From NCBI GenBank assembly GCA_025054955.1, contig JANWZE010000108.1, positions 13,830 to 77,829 of the forward strand: a stretch of 64,000 nucleotides of DNA, read 5' to 3'. The position numbers and the translations under genes are program-made. The stretch is from Blastocatellia bacterium (GTDB lineage Bacteria > Acidobacteriota > Blastocatellia > HR10 > J050). Below are positions 11,854 through 22,251 of this stretch, piece by piece (positions within the stretch are counted from its first letter, which is position 1; every line of letters starts with the position of its first letter). Under the pieces are notes generated by a model. That model saw nothing but the letters and a program-made list of their open reading frames with translations, was not told the origin of the DNA and ran no database searches.

Positions 11854-12321
11854 ATGTTTGTGCTGAACATCCTGTTGGCCCTGGCATGGGCGGCGTTGAC
11901 CGGTCACTTCACGCCATTGAACGTGGTGGTTGGGTTTGCGCTTGGCTCGGCTGTGCTGTGGCCGGCGCGACGGATCATGGGGGCATCCAATTATTTCGTG
12001 AAGCTGCCGCGCGTGATCGGGCTAATAGCTTTTTTCTTGAGGGAATTGCTGCTGGCCAATCTGAAAGTGGCCATCCACGTGCTCTCGCCGCTGAAACATT
12101 TGACGCCGGGCATCGTCGCGGTGCCGCTTGATGTGACCTCCGATGTGGAGATTGCCCTGCTGGCCAACATGATCACGCTCACGCCAGGGACGCTCACGCT
12201 GGACGTCTCCACAGACCGTCGCGTGCTGTATGTTCACGTGATTGACCTGGATAATGCCGACCAAGTTCGGCGCGACATCAAAGAGGGATTTGAACGACGT
12301 ATTCAGGAGGTTTTTCAATGA
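11854..12321 (+). CDS. mrpE: Na+/H+ antiporter subunit E (MrpE/MnhE)
   Basis: 155 aa. Position and the typical N-terminal TM pair are consistent with MnhE. Confidence 0.75.
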   Translation: MFVLNILLALAWAALTGHFTPLNVVVGFALGSAVLWPARRIMGASNYFVKLPRVIGLIAFFLRELLLANLKVAIHVLSPLKHLTPGIVAVPLDVTSDVEIALLANMITLTPGTLTLDVSTDRRVLYVHVIDLDNADQVRRDIKEGFERRIQEVFQ

Positions 12322-12587
12322 GCTTATCCACGCTGGCGCTGCATGTTGTGTTGCCGGTGTTAACCGTGGCCGTGTTGTTGGCGTTTGTGCGGCTGATGCG
12401 CGGGCCGAGTTTGCCTGATCGGATTGTGGCGCTTGACCTGATGGCGACGTTCGGCATCGGTATCATGGCCGTCTATAGCATCGCCACGGGACAACCAGTT
12501 TATTTAGACGTGGCGATTGTGGTGGCTTTGCTCTCATTTCTGGGAACGGTGGCTTTTGCCCGCTACGTGGAATGGAGCCGGCGATGA
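12318..12587 (+). CDS. mrpF: Na+/H+ antiporter subunit F (MrpF/MnhF)
   Basis: 89 aa, 3 TM. Overlaps the mrpE stop (ATGA-type coupling). Confidence 0.8.
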   Translation: MSLSTLALHVVLPVLTVAVLLAFVRLMRGPSLPDRIVALDLMATFGIGIMAVYSIATGQPVYLDVAIVVALLSFLGTVAFARYVEWSRR

Positions 12588-12961
12588 GGCAACAGGTGCT
12601 CAGCGGCGTCTTGATGGTGGTCGGCGCGTTGGTCATGCTCATGGCCGGCATCGGGATTGTGCGGCTGCCGGACGTGTTCACCCGCTCTTCAGCTACGTCC
12701 AAGGCAGCCACACTTGGCGCCGGTTGCCTGCTGCTGGCCGTCGCTGTGTTCTTCGACGAACTGAGCATCACGACACGCGCGCTGACGACAATCGCATTCA
12801 TTTTTTTGACCGCGCCGGTTGCCGCGCACATGATTGGCCGCGCTGCTTACTTCATCGGCGTCCCGCTCGCCAGTACCACGGTCGTAGATGAGCTGCGCGG
12901 ACGCTACAATGTGCAGACGCATGAGCTGGCCGGCGCTGATGAGCCTGAACCTCATTCTTGA
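12584..12961 (+). CDS. mrpG: Na+/H+ antiporter subunit G (MrpG/MnhG)
   Basis: About 125 aa, 3 TM. The ATG overlaps the mrpF stop as ATGA. Confidence 0.8.
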   Translation: MRQQVLSGVLMVVGALVMLMAGIGIVRLPDVFTRSSATSKAATLGAGCLLLAVAVFFDELSITTRALTTIAFIFLTAPVAAHMIGRAAYFIGVPLASTTVVDELRGRYNVQTHELAGADEPEPHS

Positions 12962-12987
12962 ATGATCACCTGGCAAAGGACACACGC

Positions 12988-14544
12988 ATGGAAAAAACTG
13001 TACAGTCGCGCAAGCAAAAGGAAGTGACGAAGACGAATTGGTTGGCTCGATTTCTCAGCGTCATCGAGCGAGCTGGCAATGCGCTGCCGCATCCGGCAAC
13101 GTTGTTTGCTCTCTTGGCGCTGATTGTGATGGTAGCATCAGCAGTTGCCGCCAGCTTCAACCTGACAGTGACCCACCCCGGAACGAAGCAACCTGTTTCA
13201 GTAGTCAATCTGATGAGCGTCGAAGGGCTACACCGCATCTTGACCTCGACGGTCACTAACTTCACCAACTTCGCGCCGCTGGGCACGGTGTTGGTGGCGC
13301 TGTTGGGCATCGGTGTGGCTGAAGGTAGCGGGTTGATTGCTGCGGCGTTGCGGCTGCTCGTGTTGTCAGCGCCGAGGCGCTTGCTCACATTCGTCATTGT
13401 CTTCGCTGGCGTGATGTCCAACGCGGCCAGTGAAGTTGGGTACGTCTTGCTCGTCCCGCTGGCTGCGGTCATCTTCTTAGCCGTCGGGCGACATCCCGTG
13501 GCCGGACTGGCTGCCGCGTTTGCGGGCGTGTCAGGCGGCTACAGCGCCAATTTGTTGCTGGGCACGGTAGACCCGCTGCTGGCCGGCCTTTCGCAGGAGG
13601 CGGCTCGCATCGTCAACCCGGCATATCAAGTCAATCCGGCATGCAATTATTACTTCATGGCAGCATCAACATTCGTCATCGCCCTGGCCGGCACGTGGAT
13701 CACCGAGAAAGTCATCGTGCCACGACTGGGCGCATATACCGGCGACGAGAAAGCAGCAGAGATGCAACCACTGACGCCGGAAGAACGACAAGGACTCAAG
13801 TGGGCGATGGTCACGCTGTTGCTGCTAACAGCCATCTTATTGTGGGGCACGGTTCCCGCTGGCGGGTTCCTTCGAGATGCCAAGACGGGCAGTTTGCTGC
13901 ATTCACCGTTCATGTCTGGCATCGTCACGCTGATCTTTTTCGGCGGCGTGCTGGCCGGACTGGCTTACGGTATTGGCGCGCGTACCATTCGCAGCGATAG
14001 CGACGTGATGAAGGCGATGGCCAAATCCATGGAGACACTCGGCGCCTATCTGGTGCTCGTCTTCTTCGCTGCGCAATTCGTCGCCTTCTTCAACTGGACG
14101 AATCTGGGCATCATCACGGCCATCAAAGGCGCTGAGATTCTGCGCGCATCTGGCTTGGGCGATATCCCATTGATGATCGGCTTCATTCTGGTTTCAGCCA
14201 GCATCAACATGATCATGGGCAGCGCATCGGCCAAATGGGCGATCATGGCGCCGGTCTTCGTGCCGATGTTCATGCTGCTCGGTTACACGCCGGAATTGAC
14301 GCAGGCCGCCTACCGCATCGGTGACAGTGTGACCAACGTGATTTCTCCGATGATGTCATACTTCGCGTTGATTATCGCCTTTGTGCAACGCTACGACAAA
14401 AGCGCCGGCATCGGCACGGTCATTGCCACCATGCTGCCTTACTCAATCACGTTCTTGATTGTCTGGACGATCATGTTCACGCTGTGGATAGCCGCTGGCC
14501 TGCCGGTGGGACCGGGCGCCGAATTGTATCTGAAAACCACCTAG
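12988..14544 (+). CDS. AbgT-family transporter (p-aminobenzoyl-glutamate/MtrF type)
   Basis: About 518 aa polytopic protein with AbgT-like conserved blocks. An alternative start at 12958 would overlap the mrpG stop. Confidence 0.75.
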   Translation: MEKTVQSRKQKEVTKTNWLARFLSVIERAGNALPHPATLFALLALIVMVASAVAASFNLTVTHPGTKQPVSVVNLMSVEGLHRILTSTVTNFTNFAPLGTVLVALLGIGVAEGSGLIAAALRLLVLSAPRRLLTFVIVFAGVMSNAASEVGYVLLVPLAAVIFLAVGRHPVAGLAAAFAGVSGGYSANLLLGTVDPLLAGLSQEAARIVNPAYQVNPACNYYFMAASTFVIALAGTWITEKVIVPRLGAYTGDEKAAEMQPLTPEERQGLKWAMVTLLLLTAILLWGTVPAGGFLRDAKTGSLLHSPFMSGIVTLIFFGGVLAGLAYGIGARTIRSDSDVMKAMAKSMETLGAYLVLVFFAAQFVAFFNWTNLGIITAIKGAEILRASGLGDIPLMIGFILVSASINMIMGSASAKWAIMAPVFVPMFMLLGYTPELTQAAYRIGDSVTNVISPMMSYFALIIAFVQRYDKSAGIGTVIATMLPYSITFLIVWTIMFTLWIAAGLPVGPGAELYLKTT

Positions 14545-14569
14545 ACGCCAGCATACAGGAAAAAACTCC

Positions 14570-15667
14570 ATGAACCTCATGACCATTCTCCTTTTCATTG
14601 CAGGACTTGCTGTATTGACAATCGGCGCCGAATGGCTGGTGCGAGGGGCTTCGCGGCTGGCGGCTGCTGTCGGCGTCTCTCCACTGGTGATTGGACTCAC
14701 CGTTGTGGCGTTTGGCACGAGTTCGCCCGAATTAGCCGTAAGTGTGAAAGCGGCGCTTGCTGGTCAGGCTAACATCGGTGTGGGGAATGTAGTGGGCAGT
14801 AACATTTTCAACATCCTTCTGATCCTGGGTGTCTCAGCGCTGATCACGCCGCTGGCGGTTCATCAACGCCTCGTTCGATTGGACGTGCCGCTGATGATCG
14901 GGATTTCTATTTTCGTGTATCTAATCTCACTGGATGGCAAGTTGAGTCGGCTAGAGGGGGCACTGCTGTTGGCCGGCATTGTGAGCTACATCGTTTTCCT
15001 CATTCGACAGAGTCGCCGGGAATCACAACAGATCAAAGAGGAATATGCGCAGGAATTCGGCGAGGCTCAAAGCGAAGAGGGGCACTGGGCCGTTCAAGTG
15101 GGTCTGGTCATCATCGGACTCACCGCGTTAGTGGTGGGCTCGAACTGGCTGGTGGACAGCGCCGCCGCAATGGCCAAAGCATTAGGGGTGAGCGATCTGA
15201 TCATCGGGCTGACCATTGTGGCGGCCGGCACGTCATTGCCTGAAGTGGCGACCTCTGTGATGGCAGCGATCCGTGATGAACGGGATATTGCCGTTGGCAA
15301 TGTCGTCGGCAGCAATATCTATAACCTGCTGGCAATTCTTGGCGCGGCCAGCGTGGTTGCGCCCGACGGTGTCGCTGTGGCGCCGGCGGCGCTCCACTTC
15401 GATATGCCGGTGATGATCGCCGTCGCTGTTGCCTGCCTGCCCATTTTCTTCACCGGCCATGCGATTGCGCGTTGGGAAGGAGCGTTGTTTCTCGGCTACT
15501 ACATTGCCTACACGCTCTACTTGATCCTCGGCGCGATGCAGCATGCGATGCTTCCCACGTTCAATCGCATCATGATGGTGTTCGTTGTGCCGTTGACCGC
15601 CGTCACGTTGCTGATCCTGGCAGCGCGGGCGCTACACCAGCAACATCGAAAGCCATCAACCGAATGA
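14570..15667 (+). CDS. CaCA-family Ca2+/cation antiporter (YrbG/NCX-like)
   Basis: Two alpha-repeat signatures GNVVGSNIFNILLILG and GNVVGSNIYNLLAILG. 365 aa. Confidence 0.85.
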   Translation: MNLMTILLFIAGLAVLTIGAEWLVRGASRLAAAVGVSPLVIGLTVVAFGTSSPELAVSVKAALAGQANIGVGNVVGSNIFNILLILGVSALITPLAVHQRLVRLDVPLMIGISIFVYLISLDGKLSRLEGALLLAGIVSYIVFLIRQSRRESQQIKEEYAQEFGEAQSEEGHWAVQVGLVIIGLTALVVGSNWLVDSAAAMAKALGVSDLIIGLTIVAAGTSLPEVATSVMAAIRDERDIAVGNVVGSNIYNLLAILGAASVVAPDGVAVAPAALHFDMPVMIAVAVACLPIFFTGHAIARWEGALFLGYYIAYTLYLILGAMQHAMLPTFNRIMMVFVVPLTAVTLLILAARALHQQHRKPSTE

Positions 15668-16035
15668 CGGCGCTCAGATGTAATACCAATAGTCCAGAGA
15701 AAACCATGTTCGACGAAGTGACATGCAGAGCAGCAACAGAACGTCTCAAGCAAAACCGTCTCCGATGTTCTGTACGCATTTGTATGACACCATCATGACG
15801 GTTGGTCAGCCGTCGAGCTGCGCCAGCGGCCTGCTAGTCATCAGCATGAACCGGCCGATGGAGAACGGCTGGCGCCCCTCCAGGGCGCAATAGATTGGGG
15901 GATAACGCGCTTCCAGACGTTTCACGTCTGGCTACCTTCTGCTTGCGCCTCCGGCGCAAACGAACGTCTGCCGCCTCCGCTGAAGCGACTCTATGTGGCG
16001 GCGGCTACCGCCACTGCTTGAAGCTCGCTCGATTC

Positions 16036-16150
16036 AAAAACACCACACGTCAGCAGGCCTCCATACAACGATGCCCCTACAAACGTGCGTCGCCATAACA
16101 CAAAAAACACCACACGTCACCAGGCCTCCATACAACGATGCCCCTACAAA
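16036..16150. repeat. Direct repeat of ~48 bp, two copies ~66 bp apart (aaaaacaccacacgtcaScaggcctccatacaacgatgcccctacaaa)
   Basis: Copies at 16036-16083 and 16102-16150 differ at one position. Located in the convergent gap between the plus-strand operon and the minus-strand operon. Confidence 0.6.
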
Positions 16151-16236
16151 GAACGTGGTCTTTCCCTTCACAATTGGTACAATGCCTGAGAACATCCTCA
16201 GGTGACGATCGAACCCGACGAGGAAGCGATCATGAA

Positions 16237-17217
16237 TCAGGCTGCGAGCTGGACACGCTCGCCGGTGCGAGCCGCCCGATAGCACGCATCTACGAGTTCG
16301 ACCGCCTTGTAGCCATCTAGCGCCGTCACCGGCGCTTCGTGGCCGCCGATGATGGCATCCACGAATGCACGGTCTTCCTGGATGTAGCCCCAACGTTCTT
16401 CTTTATCCAGATGCTCAAAGCCGTGAGTGATGGTTTGCGCGTCAAGGCTCGCGGTGTACAGCACGCGCTCCATCTGCTGCGTTTCAATCGTAGCATGATG
16501 GCAGAAGACTTCCAGCCGCTCGAACGGAAAATGCCAACTTGCGTCAGCCGCTGTCGCCAGCGTGGCATGCAAGCCGCTACGGAAACGAAGCAGCAGTGAA
16601 AAATCGTCCATCTCCGGGTACTCGTGAGACGTTGCATGGACGATCATGCTCTCGACGTCGCCAAACAACCAACGCAGCATATCAAATATATGAACCGGCG
16701 TTTCGTAGAGATACCCACCAGTGACCGATGGATCGCCCGTCCATGCAGGATTGAGGAGTTCGCCGCGATTCATTTTGGCATGCACGGAATGAGGTCGCAG
16801 TGGGGCTTGACCGATCAATCTTTTGACATGCTGATAAACCGGCGCAAACCGTCGGTTGTGGCCGACCTGAAACACTTGCCGATGCTGCCGACTCGCTTGG
16901 AGCAGGCAGCGAGCTTCATCAAGTGAGGTAGCCAACGGTTTTTCACAGAACACATGTCGCCGAGCGGCTATCGCTTTGAGCGCTATGTCCACGTGCTGCG
17001 TGTTTGGCGTCGTGACATAGACTGCATCCACCATCTCGATCAGCGCTTCAACGCTCTGCACAGCACGCGCGCCATAGGCATCGGCGCAGGCCTGTGCGCG
17101 TTCCGGCACAAGATCATATACGGCGGTGAGGCGCACCCGCTCGTCACGCGATAGGATTTTGGCATGCACGTTGCCGATGTAGCCCGCGCCGACAATCCCA
17201 ATTTTGATCGCAGTCAT
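16237..17217 (-). CDS. Gfo/Idh/MocA-family NAD(P)-dependent oxidoreductase (inositol/sugar dehydrogenase-like)
   Basis: N-terminal Rossmann motif IGIVGAGYIGNVHAKIL, 326 aa. The stop overlaps the start of the neighbouring isomerase gene. Confidence 0.85.
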   Translation of the reverse strand: MTAIKIGIVGAGYIGNVHAKILSRDERVRLTAVYDLVPERAQACADAYGARAVQSVEALIEMVDAVYVTTPNTQHVDIALKAIAARRHVFCEKPLATSLDEARCLLQASRQHRQVFQVGHNRRFAPVYQHVKRLIGQAPLRPHSVHAKMNRGELLNPAWTGDPSVTGGYLYETPVHIFDMLRWLFGDVESMIVHATSHEYPEMDDFSLLLRFRSGLHATLATAADASWHFPFERLEVFCHHATIETQQMERVLYTASLDAQTITHGFEHLDKEERWGYIQEDRAFVDAIIGGHEAPVTALDGYKAVELVDACYRAARTGERVQLAA

Positions 17218-18026
17218 TGCGGCTCCATCTGATGTGAATTGAGTCCCAGCGCCCGTTCTGCTGCGCGTTTAGCCGCAACGGCCAGCTCGATGGGGTCGCG
17301 CTCCCAGTACTCCGGGCGAAAAATCTCAACGCTCGCCATCTTGTTGTAACCAATCGCCTGCAACGCTGACCAAAGCTCTTTCAGCGGCAAAATCCCTTCG
17401 TCGGGCAGCAGTCGGTGAGCGTCGCGCAGTTGGTCCCGTGGGCGGTCTTCCGCGCCATTGATGTGAAAAATGAAAAGCTGCTCCGGCCTGAGCCGAGCGA
17501 CCGATTCAAGTCTGGAACCACCTACATAGAAATGAAAGCTATCAAGCACGAGGCCAACATCAGGCCGCGCTAAACGGCTGACCACCTCAAGGGACGCATC
17601 CAGCGTTCGCACGCTGCACTCGGCAAATCCGAGAAACTCGAACGCCAGTTTCACCCCATAGCGAGCGGCTACATCGCTCAAGTCGTGCAACACCAGCACT
17701 GATTCGGTGATGACTTCTTCATCGCTGACGCCGGCAGGTCGAGGACTGGGAACGACCACGATGTGTTCGCAACCGATCTCCTGCGCGATGTGGCACAACT
17801 GTTCGCACTCAGCGAGCAACGCCACGTGCGCATCCGATGAACGGAAGGTAATTTGCTCAATAGAATTAATGCTGTAGGCTCGCAGGTGATGCCGTTCCAG
17901 TTCGCGCCTGAGCTGTTGCGTACTATGGTTTTTCAAGTAATCGCGCAGCTTGCTCGCCCAAATTTCGAGTAGATCAAACCCAGCATGATGAGCGGCGCGA
18001 ATGTCAGTCAACAAATCAGCTTTCAT
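17214..18026 (-). CDS. Sugar phosphate isomerase/epimerase (xylose-isomerase-like TIM barrel)
   Basis: TIM-barrel AP-endonuclease/IolE-like family features. ATG at 18026 with GGAG 10 nt upstream; the ORF extends to 18056. Confidence 0.75.
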   Translation of the reverse strand: MKADLLTDIRAAHHAGFDLLEIWASKLRDYLKNHSTQQLRRELERHHLRAYSINSIEQITFRSSDAHVALLAECEQLCHIAQEIGCEHIVVVPSPRPAGVSDEEVITESVLVLHDLSDVAARYGVKLAFEFLGFAECSVRTLDASLEVVSRLARPDVGLVLDSFHFYVGGSRLESVARLRPEQLFIFHINGAEDRPRDQLRDAHRLLPDEGILPLKELWSALQAIGYNKMASVEIFRPEYWERDPIELAVAAKRAAERALGLNSHQMEPQ

Positions 18027-18065
18027 GGTTGTCGCTCCATTCAATGCTAATTGCATAAGCCCTCC

Positions 18066-19154
18066 TCAAGTGATCCGCTCGCCGGATGCGGCGTCAAACC
18101 AGTGTTGCTTGCGCTCGTTGAATGACACCCAGACGGGCGTTTCGATCTCCCATCGCACGTCAGGTTGCGTCCGCGCTATGATCTGCTCAGCGCCGACTTT
18201 GACCACGACCACCGTTTCGTTTCCCATCACCTCGCTCACATAGACCGTCGCGGGAATGGCGCCTTCACGCGGGTGCGCCGTCAAATGCACATCTTCGGGA
18301 CGTACGCCCAGGACGACGGGCTGTTGCTCCAGCCGGCGCGTCAACAGAGACGATGGAAGCGGGACGCTCAGATGGGCACTGACGAACTTGCCTCCGGCTA
18401 CGTCAATCCGGCCACGAAGAAAATTCATACTCGGACTGCCCACGAAGCCGGCGACGAATTGATTGACCGGGCGCTCATAGATGTTCAACGGCGTATCAAA
18501 CTGCTGCAGCCGTCCGTCCTTGATGATTGCAATGCGATGAGCCAGCGTCATCGCCTCAGCCTGGTCATGTGTGACGTAGAGGGTCGTCGTGCCCAATTCG
18601 TACTGCCACCGCTTCAACTCACCGCGCATCTGCACGCGCAGTTGGGCATCCAGATTGGAGAGCGGCTCGTCCATCAAATAAACACGCGGTTCGCGTACCA
18701 TCGCGCGAGCCAGTGCGACGCGCTGGCGCTGGCCGCCGGATAATTCCCTAGGTCTTCGCCTGAGCGCATCAGCAATGCCGAGCAGTTCGGCCACGTGATT
18801 CACGCGTCGGCGAATCTCCTGATGGTTCATACGGCGTACCCGCAGCGGATAGGCAATGTTCTCTTCCACCGTCATGTGTGGATAGAGCGCGTAACTCTGA
18901 AAGACCATCGCCACATCCCGATGACGCGGCTGGATGCCGTTGACACAGGTCTCGCCGATATAGAGGCGTCCGCCACTCATCTCCTCCAAGCCGGCAACTA
19001 TTCGCAGCGTTGTTGTCTTGCCGCAGCCGGACGGCCCCAGCAACACGACAAACTCGCCCGGCTCCACCTGCAACGTGAGTTGATCAACTGCCACCACCGA
19101 CCCATATCGTTTGGTGACAGCATCAAACTTAACGCTCGCCTGAGCCTGCTTCAT
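18066..19154 (-). CDS. ABC transporter ATP-binding protein (MalK/UgpC-type carbohydrate importer ATPase)
   Basis: Walker A GPSGCGKTT, signature LSGGQRQRVALAR, Walker B LMDEPLSNLD and a C-terminal TOBE-like domain. Confidence 0.9.
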   Translation of the reverse strand: MKQAQASVKFDAVTKRYGSVVAVDQLTLQVEPGEFVVLLGPSGCGKTTTLRIVAGLEEMSGGRLYIGETCVNGIQPRHRDVAMVFQSYALYPHMTVEENIAYPLRVRRMNHQEIRRRVNHVAELLGIADALRRRPRELSGGQRQRVALARAMVREPRVYLMDEPLSNLDAQLRVQMRGELKRWQYELGTTTLYVTHDQAEAMTLAHRIAIIKDGRLQQFDTPLNIYERPVNQFVAGFVGSPSMNFLRGRIDVAGGKFVSAHLSVPLPSSLLTRRLEQQPVVLGVRPEDVHLTAHPREGAIPATVYVSEVMGNETVVVVKVGAEQIIARTQPDVRWEIETPVWVSFNERKQHWFDAASGERIT

Positions 19155-19159
19155 CGCTG

Positions 19160-19981
19160 CTATCCTTTGACCGCGCCCAATGACAAACCGCGAACGAGGT
19201 ATCGCTGAACAGCCAGCGCAAACACGAACATCGGAACCATCGCCACCACCGCCGCGGCGCTCATCGCGCCCCACTTGATCTCGTACTGCGTCACCTGACC
19301 GGCAATCCCAACTGGCAACGTCATCGCCCTGTCAGTCTGCGTCAGAATCAACGCGAATAGGAATTCGTTCCAACAGGTCATCAAACAAAACACAGCCGTC
19401 GCCGCCAAACCAGGCGCCACCAACGGCAACAACACGCGCCGTAACGCGCCTAATCGCGAATCACCATCTACGAGCGCCGCTTCCTCTAACTCATGCGGCA
19501 CTTCCTCAAAAAAACCGCGCATCATCCACACCACAAATGGCAGATTCAGTCCGGTATAAACGATAATCAACGCCGGCATGGTATTCAACAAGCCGAGTCC
19601 ACGCATCAGCATGAACAACGGAATGATGGTGACGATCGGTGGAAACATACGGGTGGAAATCATCCACAAAGAGACGTGCTCGCGCAAGCGTTTATTGATG
19701 CTCAATCGCGCCAGACTATAGGCTGCCCAGGTGCCCAGCAGCAGCGCCAAAGCGGTTGATACGACCGCCACTACCGCGCTCGTGAGCAAGTAGCGCCCGA
19801 ATGGACGCTGAATCAATATGTCATGATAATGTTGCCACGTCAGCTCGAATGAGACCCACGGCGGCGGCACCGCGAATTGCTCCGCCTCCGTCTTCAGTGA
19901 AATTGTTACCAACCAATACACCGGCAACAGCGCGGCGCTCACGGCCACGGCCAACGCTGCATACTTGGCAATGTCCTTCAT
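19160..19981 (-). CDS. Carbohydrate ABC transporter permease (MalG-like)
   Basis: 6 TM, EAA-like loop (…EAALVDGDSRLGALRRVLLP…). Confidence 0.85.
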   Translation of the reverse strand: MKDIAKYAALAVAVSAALLPVYWLVTISLKTEAEQFAVPPPWVSFELTWQHYHDILIQRPFGRYLLTSAVVAVVSTALALLLGTWAAYSLARLSINKRLREHVSLWMISTRMFPPIVTIIPLFMLMRGLGLLNTMPALIIVYTGLNLPFVVWMMRGFFEEVPHELEEAALVDGDSRLGALRRVLLPLVAPGLAATAVFCLMTCWNEFLFALILTQTDRAMTLPVGIAGQVTQYEIKWGAMSAAAVVAMVPMFVFALAVQRYLVRGLSLGAVKG

Positions 19982-20012
19982 CGGGTTTCTCGTCGCTCCA
20001 TCCTTGCTTTTC

Positions 20013-20897
20013 TCATCCGCTCGCCCTCTGTCGCCCGATCAACCGCATGAATCCGAGACTGACGAGGGTGGTCAGCATCAGCAGCACAAACGACATGGCG
20101 GCGGCATACCCCATATCGAAAAAGCGAAATGCTGTTTTGTAAATGTACAGACTCACTGTTTCTGTGGCAAAGCCAGGCCCACCTTGCGTCAGGATGAAAA
20201 TTTGATCAAACACGCGCAGCAGGTCCATCGTGCGCAACAACAACGCAACTAAGACAGCCGGTCTTAACAGCGGCCACGTGATATGCCAAAACGTTTGCCA
20301 CGCCGATGCGCCATCGAGCATGGCCGCCTCGTAGGGTTCTTGGGGAATCGCCTGCAATCCGGCGAGCAAAATGAGAAACATGAACGGCGTCCACTGCCAG
20401 ATGTCCACTAGTATGACCGATGGCAGCGCCCATGTCGGGCTGGCCACCCAGGTGAAGTTCGACGTGTCAATCCCCCACCGGGCCAATGTGCCATTGATCG
20501 CGCCGAACTGAGGATTGTAGAGCAGCCGCCAGACAACACCCACCACCACTGTCGGCAACATCATCGGAACCAACAGCAATGAACGAAACAGATGGCGCGC
20601 GCGGAGCCGGCTCTCTAGCAGCAACGCCAACCCAAGTCCCAATAGAAATTCGCTAACGAGCGCGACGGCGGCATAGATCAGCGTTTGCCAGAGCGCCGTT
20701 CTGAAAAAACGATCTTCCACCAGCCGGGCAAAGTGCGCCGTTGTCCACGCGCCGTCGGCCGTTTGCAGACTGACTTTGACGGCATAGATCAGTGGATAAA
20801 GGGTCAGCAACAGCAGCACCAGGATGGCCGGCGCAATCAGCAAGTAGGGCAATGCGCGCTCGATGAGTCTGTCACGGCTGCTCATCACATCAATCAC
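20013..20897 (-). CDS. Carbohydrate ABC transporter permease (MalF-like)
   Basis: Polytopic permease with the EAA motif (EAAMLDGASAWQTFWHITWPLL). Confidence 0.85.
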   Translation of the reverse strand: MIDVMSSRDRLIERALPYLLIAPAILVLLLLTLYPLIYAVKVSLQTADGAWTTAHFARLVEDRFFRTALWQTLIYAAVALVSEFLLGLGLALLLESRLRARHLFRSLLLVPMMLPTVVVGVVWRLLYNPQFGAINGTLARWGIDTSNFTWVASPTWALPSVILVDIWQWTPFMFLILLAGLQAIPQEPYEAAMLDGASAWQTFWHITWPLLRPAVLVALLLRTMDLLRVFDQIFILTQGGPGFATETVSLYIYKTAFRFFDMGYAAAMSFVLLMLTTLVSLGFMRLIGRQRASG

Positions 20898-22156
20898 AGC
20901 TTGCTGCGCGCCAGGATGCGACCGATTTCTTCATTGGCTTGATTCAACGCATCCTCAGGCGACAACTCCCTGCTGTTGGCTTTGGAGAGGAAGATGCCAA
21001 ATGCGTTCTCAATCTCATTCCACAACGGCGTGCGTGGACGCGGACGCGACGTCTGGAGCGACTTCAACTGAACAGGATAGGTCGGAAACGCGGCCTGCAA
21101 CTGGGGATCATTGAACACACTGATGCGCGTCGGCGGATTGCCGCGCCAGGCGGACTTACGCATTTGCTCAGGGGCAGTCACCCACAGAAGAAAATCGAAT
21201 GCGGCCGCCCGCTGACGCGATGCCGCTGGAATCGCCAACAGCCAATTCCCAATCTCAGCTTGTCCAGGTCTCACCTGCCCCGGCACGGTGGTCACTTCGA
21301 TTCGACCAATCACCTTTGAGCGCGCCGGATCACGGAACGCCGATAACCACGCCGGCCAGTTGATACTTTGCGCGGCCGTCCCTTGCAGCAAATGATTGGA
21401 CACCTCATCGGCATTGAAATTGACGTAACCGGGCGGCGCGTACTCGCCCAACTGCAACATGAATTTCAGCGCGGCAACGGCTTCTGCGCTGTTGACCGTC
21501 GGCCGTCCTGCCGCATCAAACATCTCAGCGCCAAACGCCCAAAACAACGGCATGAAGTCAGCCACCACGGCGTTGCCTTGCGCAGCCCGCATCACATAGC
21601 CGTAGATGTTTTCCCGTTCCTGGATCACACGCGCGGCAGCCAGGACATCATCCCACCGTTCGGGCGGTTTGAGGCCGTGTTTGTCAAACAAGTCTTTGCG
21701 GTAAAAGTAAAGCTGCGAATTGCCCACGTAGGGCAGCGCGTACAGTGTGCCGGTCTCGTATGGATGACGACACAAGGCTAGCGACGTGCTAACAAAATCG
21801 TCGTCCGGACCGCTGAGTCCCCGCTCCTGATACAACGGCATCAAAGGGGTAAGCGCCTGCTCAATTGAAGCAAACCGGGGAAACCACGGATCATCGAGCA
21901 TGATCAGGTCATACGCGCCGGTGCGACTGGTCAGATCAATCAGTATTTTCTCAAACAGGTTGGCATAGGGAAACTCGGCGATGGTGATGGCGACGCCGTG
22001 TTGAGCTTGGTAATCGTTGGCAGCAGCCCTGAGCGCATCGCCTTCGACGCCGGCATTCACAGCGATGGTGAGACCAGTTCGGCCAGGGTTTTCATGGCAT
22101 GCCATGCTTGCGCCAAGCAGCGCCGCCATCGTCAACAAAGCAAGAGAAATTTTCAT
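20894..22156 (-). CDS. ABC transporter extracellular solute-binding protein (family 1), probable lipoprotein
   Basis: Signal peptide MKISLALLTMAALLGASMAC followed by an SBP_bac_1-like sequence. Start set at ATG 22156; the ORF extends to 22282. Confidence 0.75.
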   Translation of the reverse strand: MKISLALLTMAALLGASMACHENPGRTGLTIAVNAGVEGDALRAAANDYQAQHGVAITIAEFPYANLFEKILIDLTSRTGAYDLIMLDDPWFPRFASIEQALTPLMPLYQERGLSGPDDDFVSTSLALCRHPYETGTLYALPYVGNSQLYFYRKDLFDKHGLKPPERWDDVLAAARVIQERENIYGYVMRAAQGNAVVADFMPLFWAFGAEMFDAAGRPTVNSAEAVAALKFMLQLGEYAPPGYVNFNADEVSNHLLQGTAAQSINWPAWLSAFRDPARSKVIGRIEVTTVPGQVRPGQAEIGNWLLAIPAASRQRAAAFDFLLWVTAPEQMRKSAWRGNPPTRISVFNDPQLQAAFPTYPVQLKSLQTSRPRPRTPLWNEIENAFGIFLSKANSRELSPEDALNQANEEIGRILARSKL

Positions 22157-22251
22157 CACGAACGATCGCACACGCATCACACCACTGTGGCGAATGCTGG
22201 CCGATAGCTCACCCGCGCTGATCCGCTTCATCCGCGTCATCCGCGTTCTCT

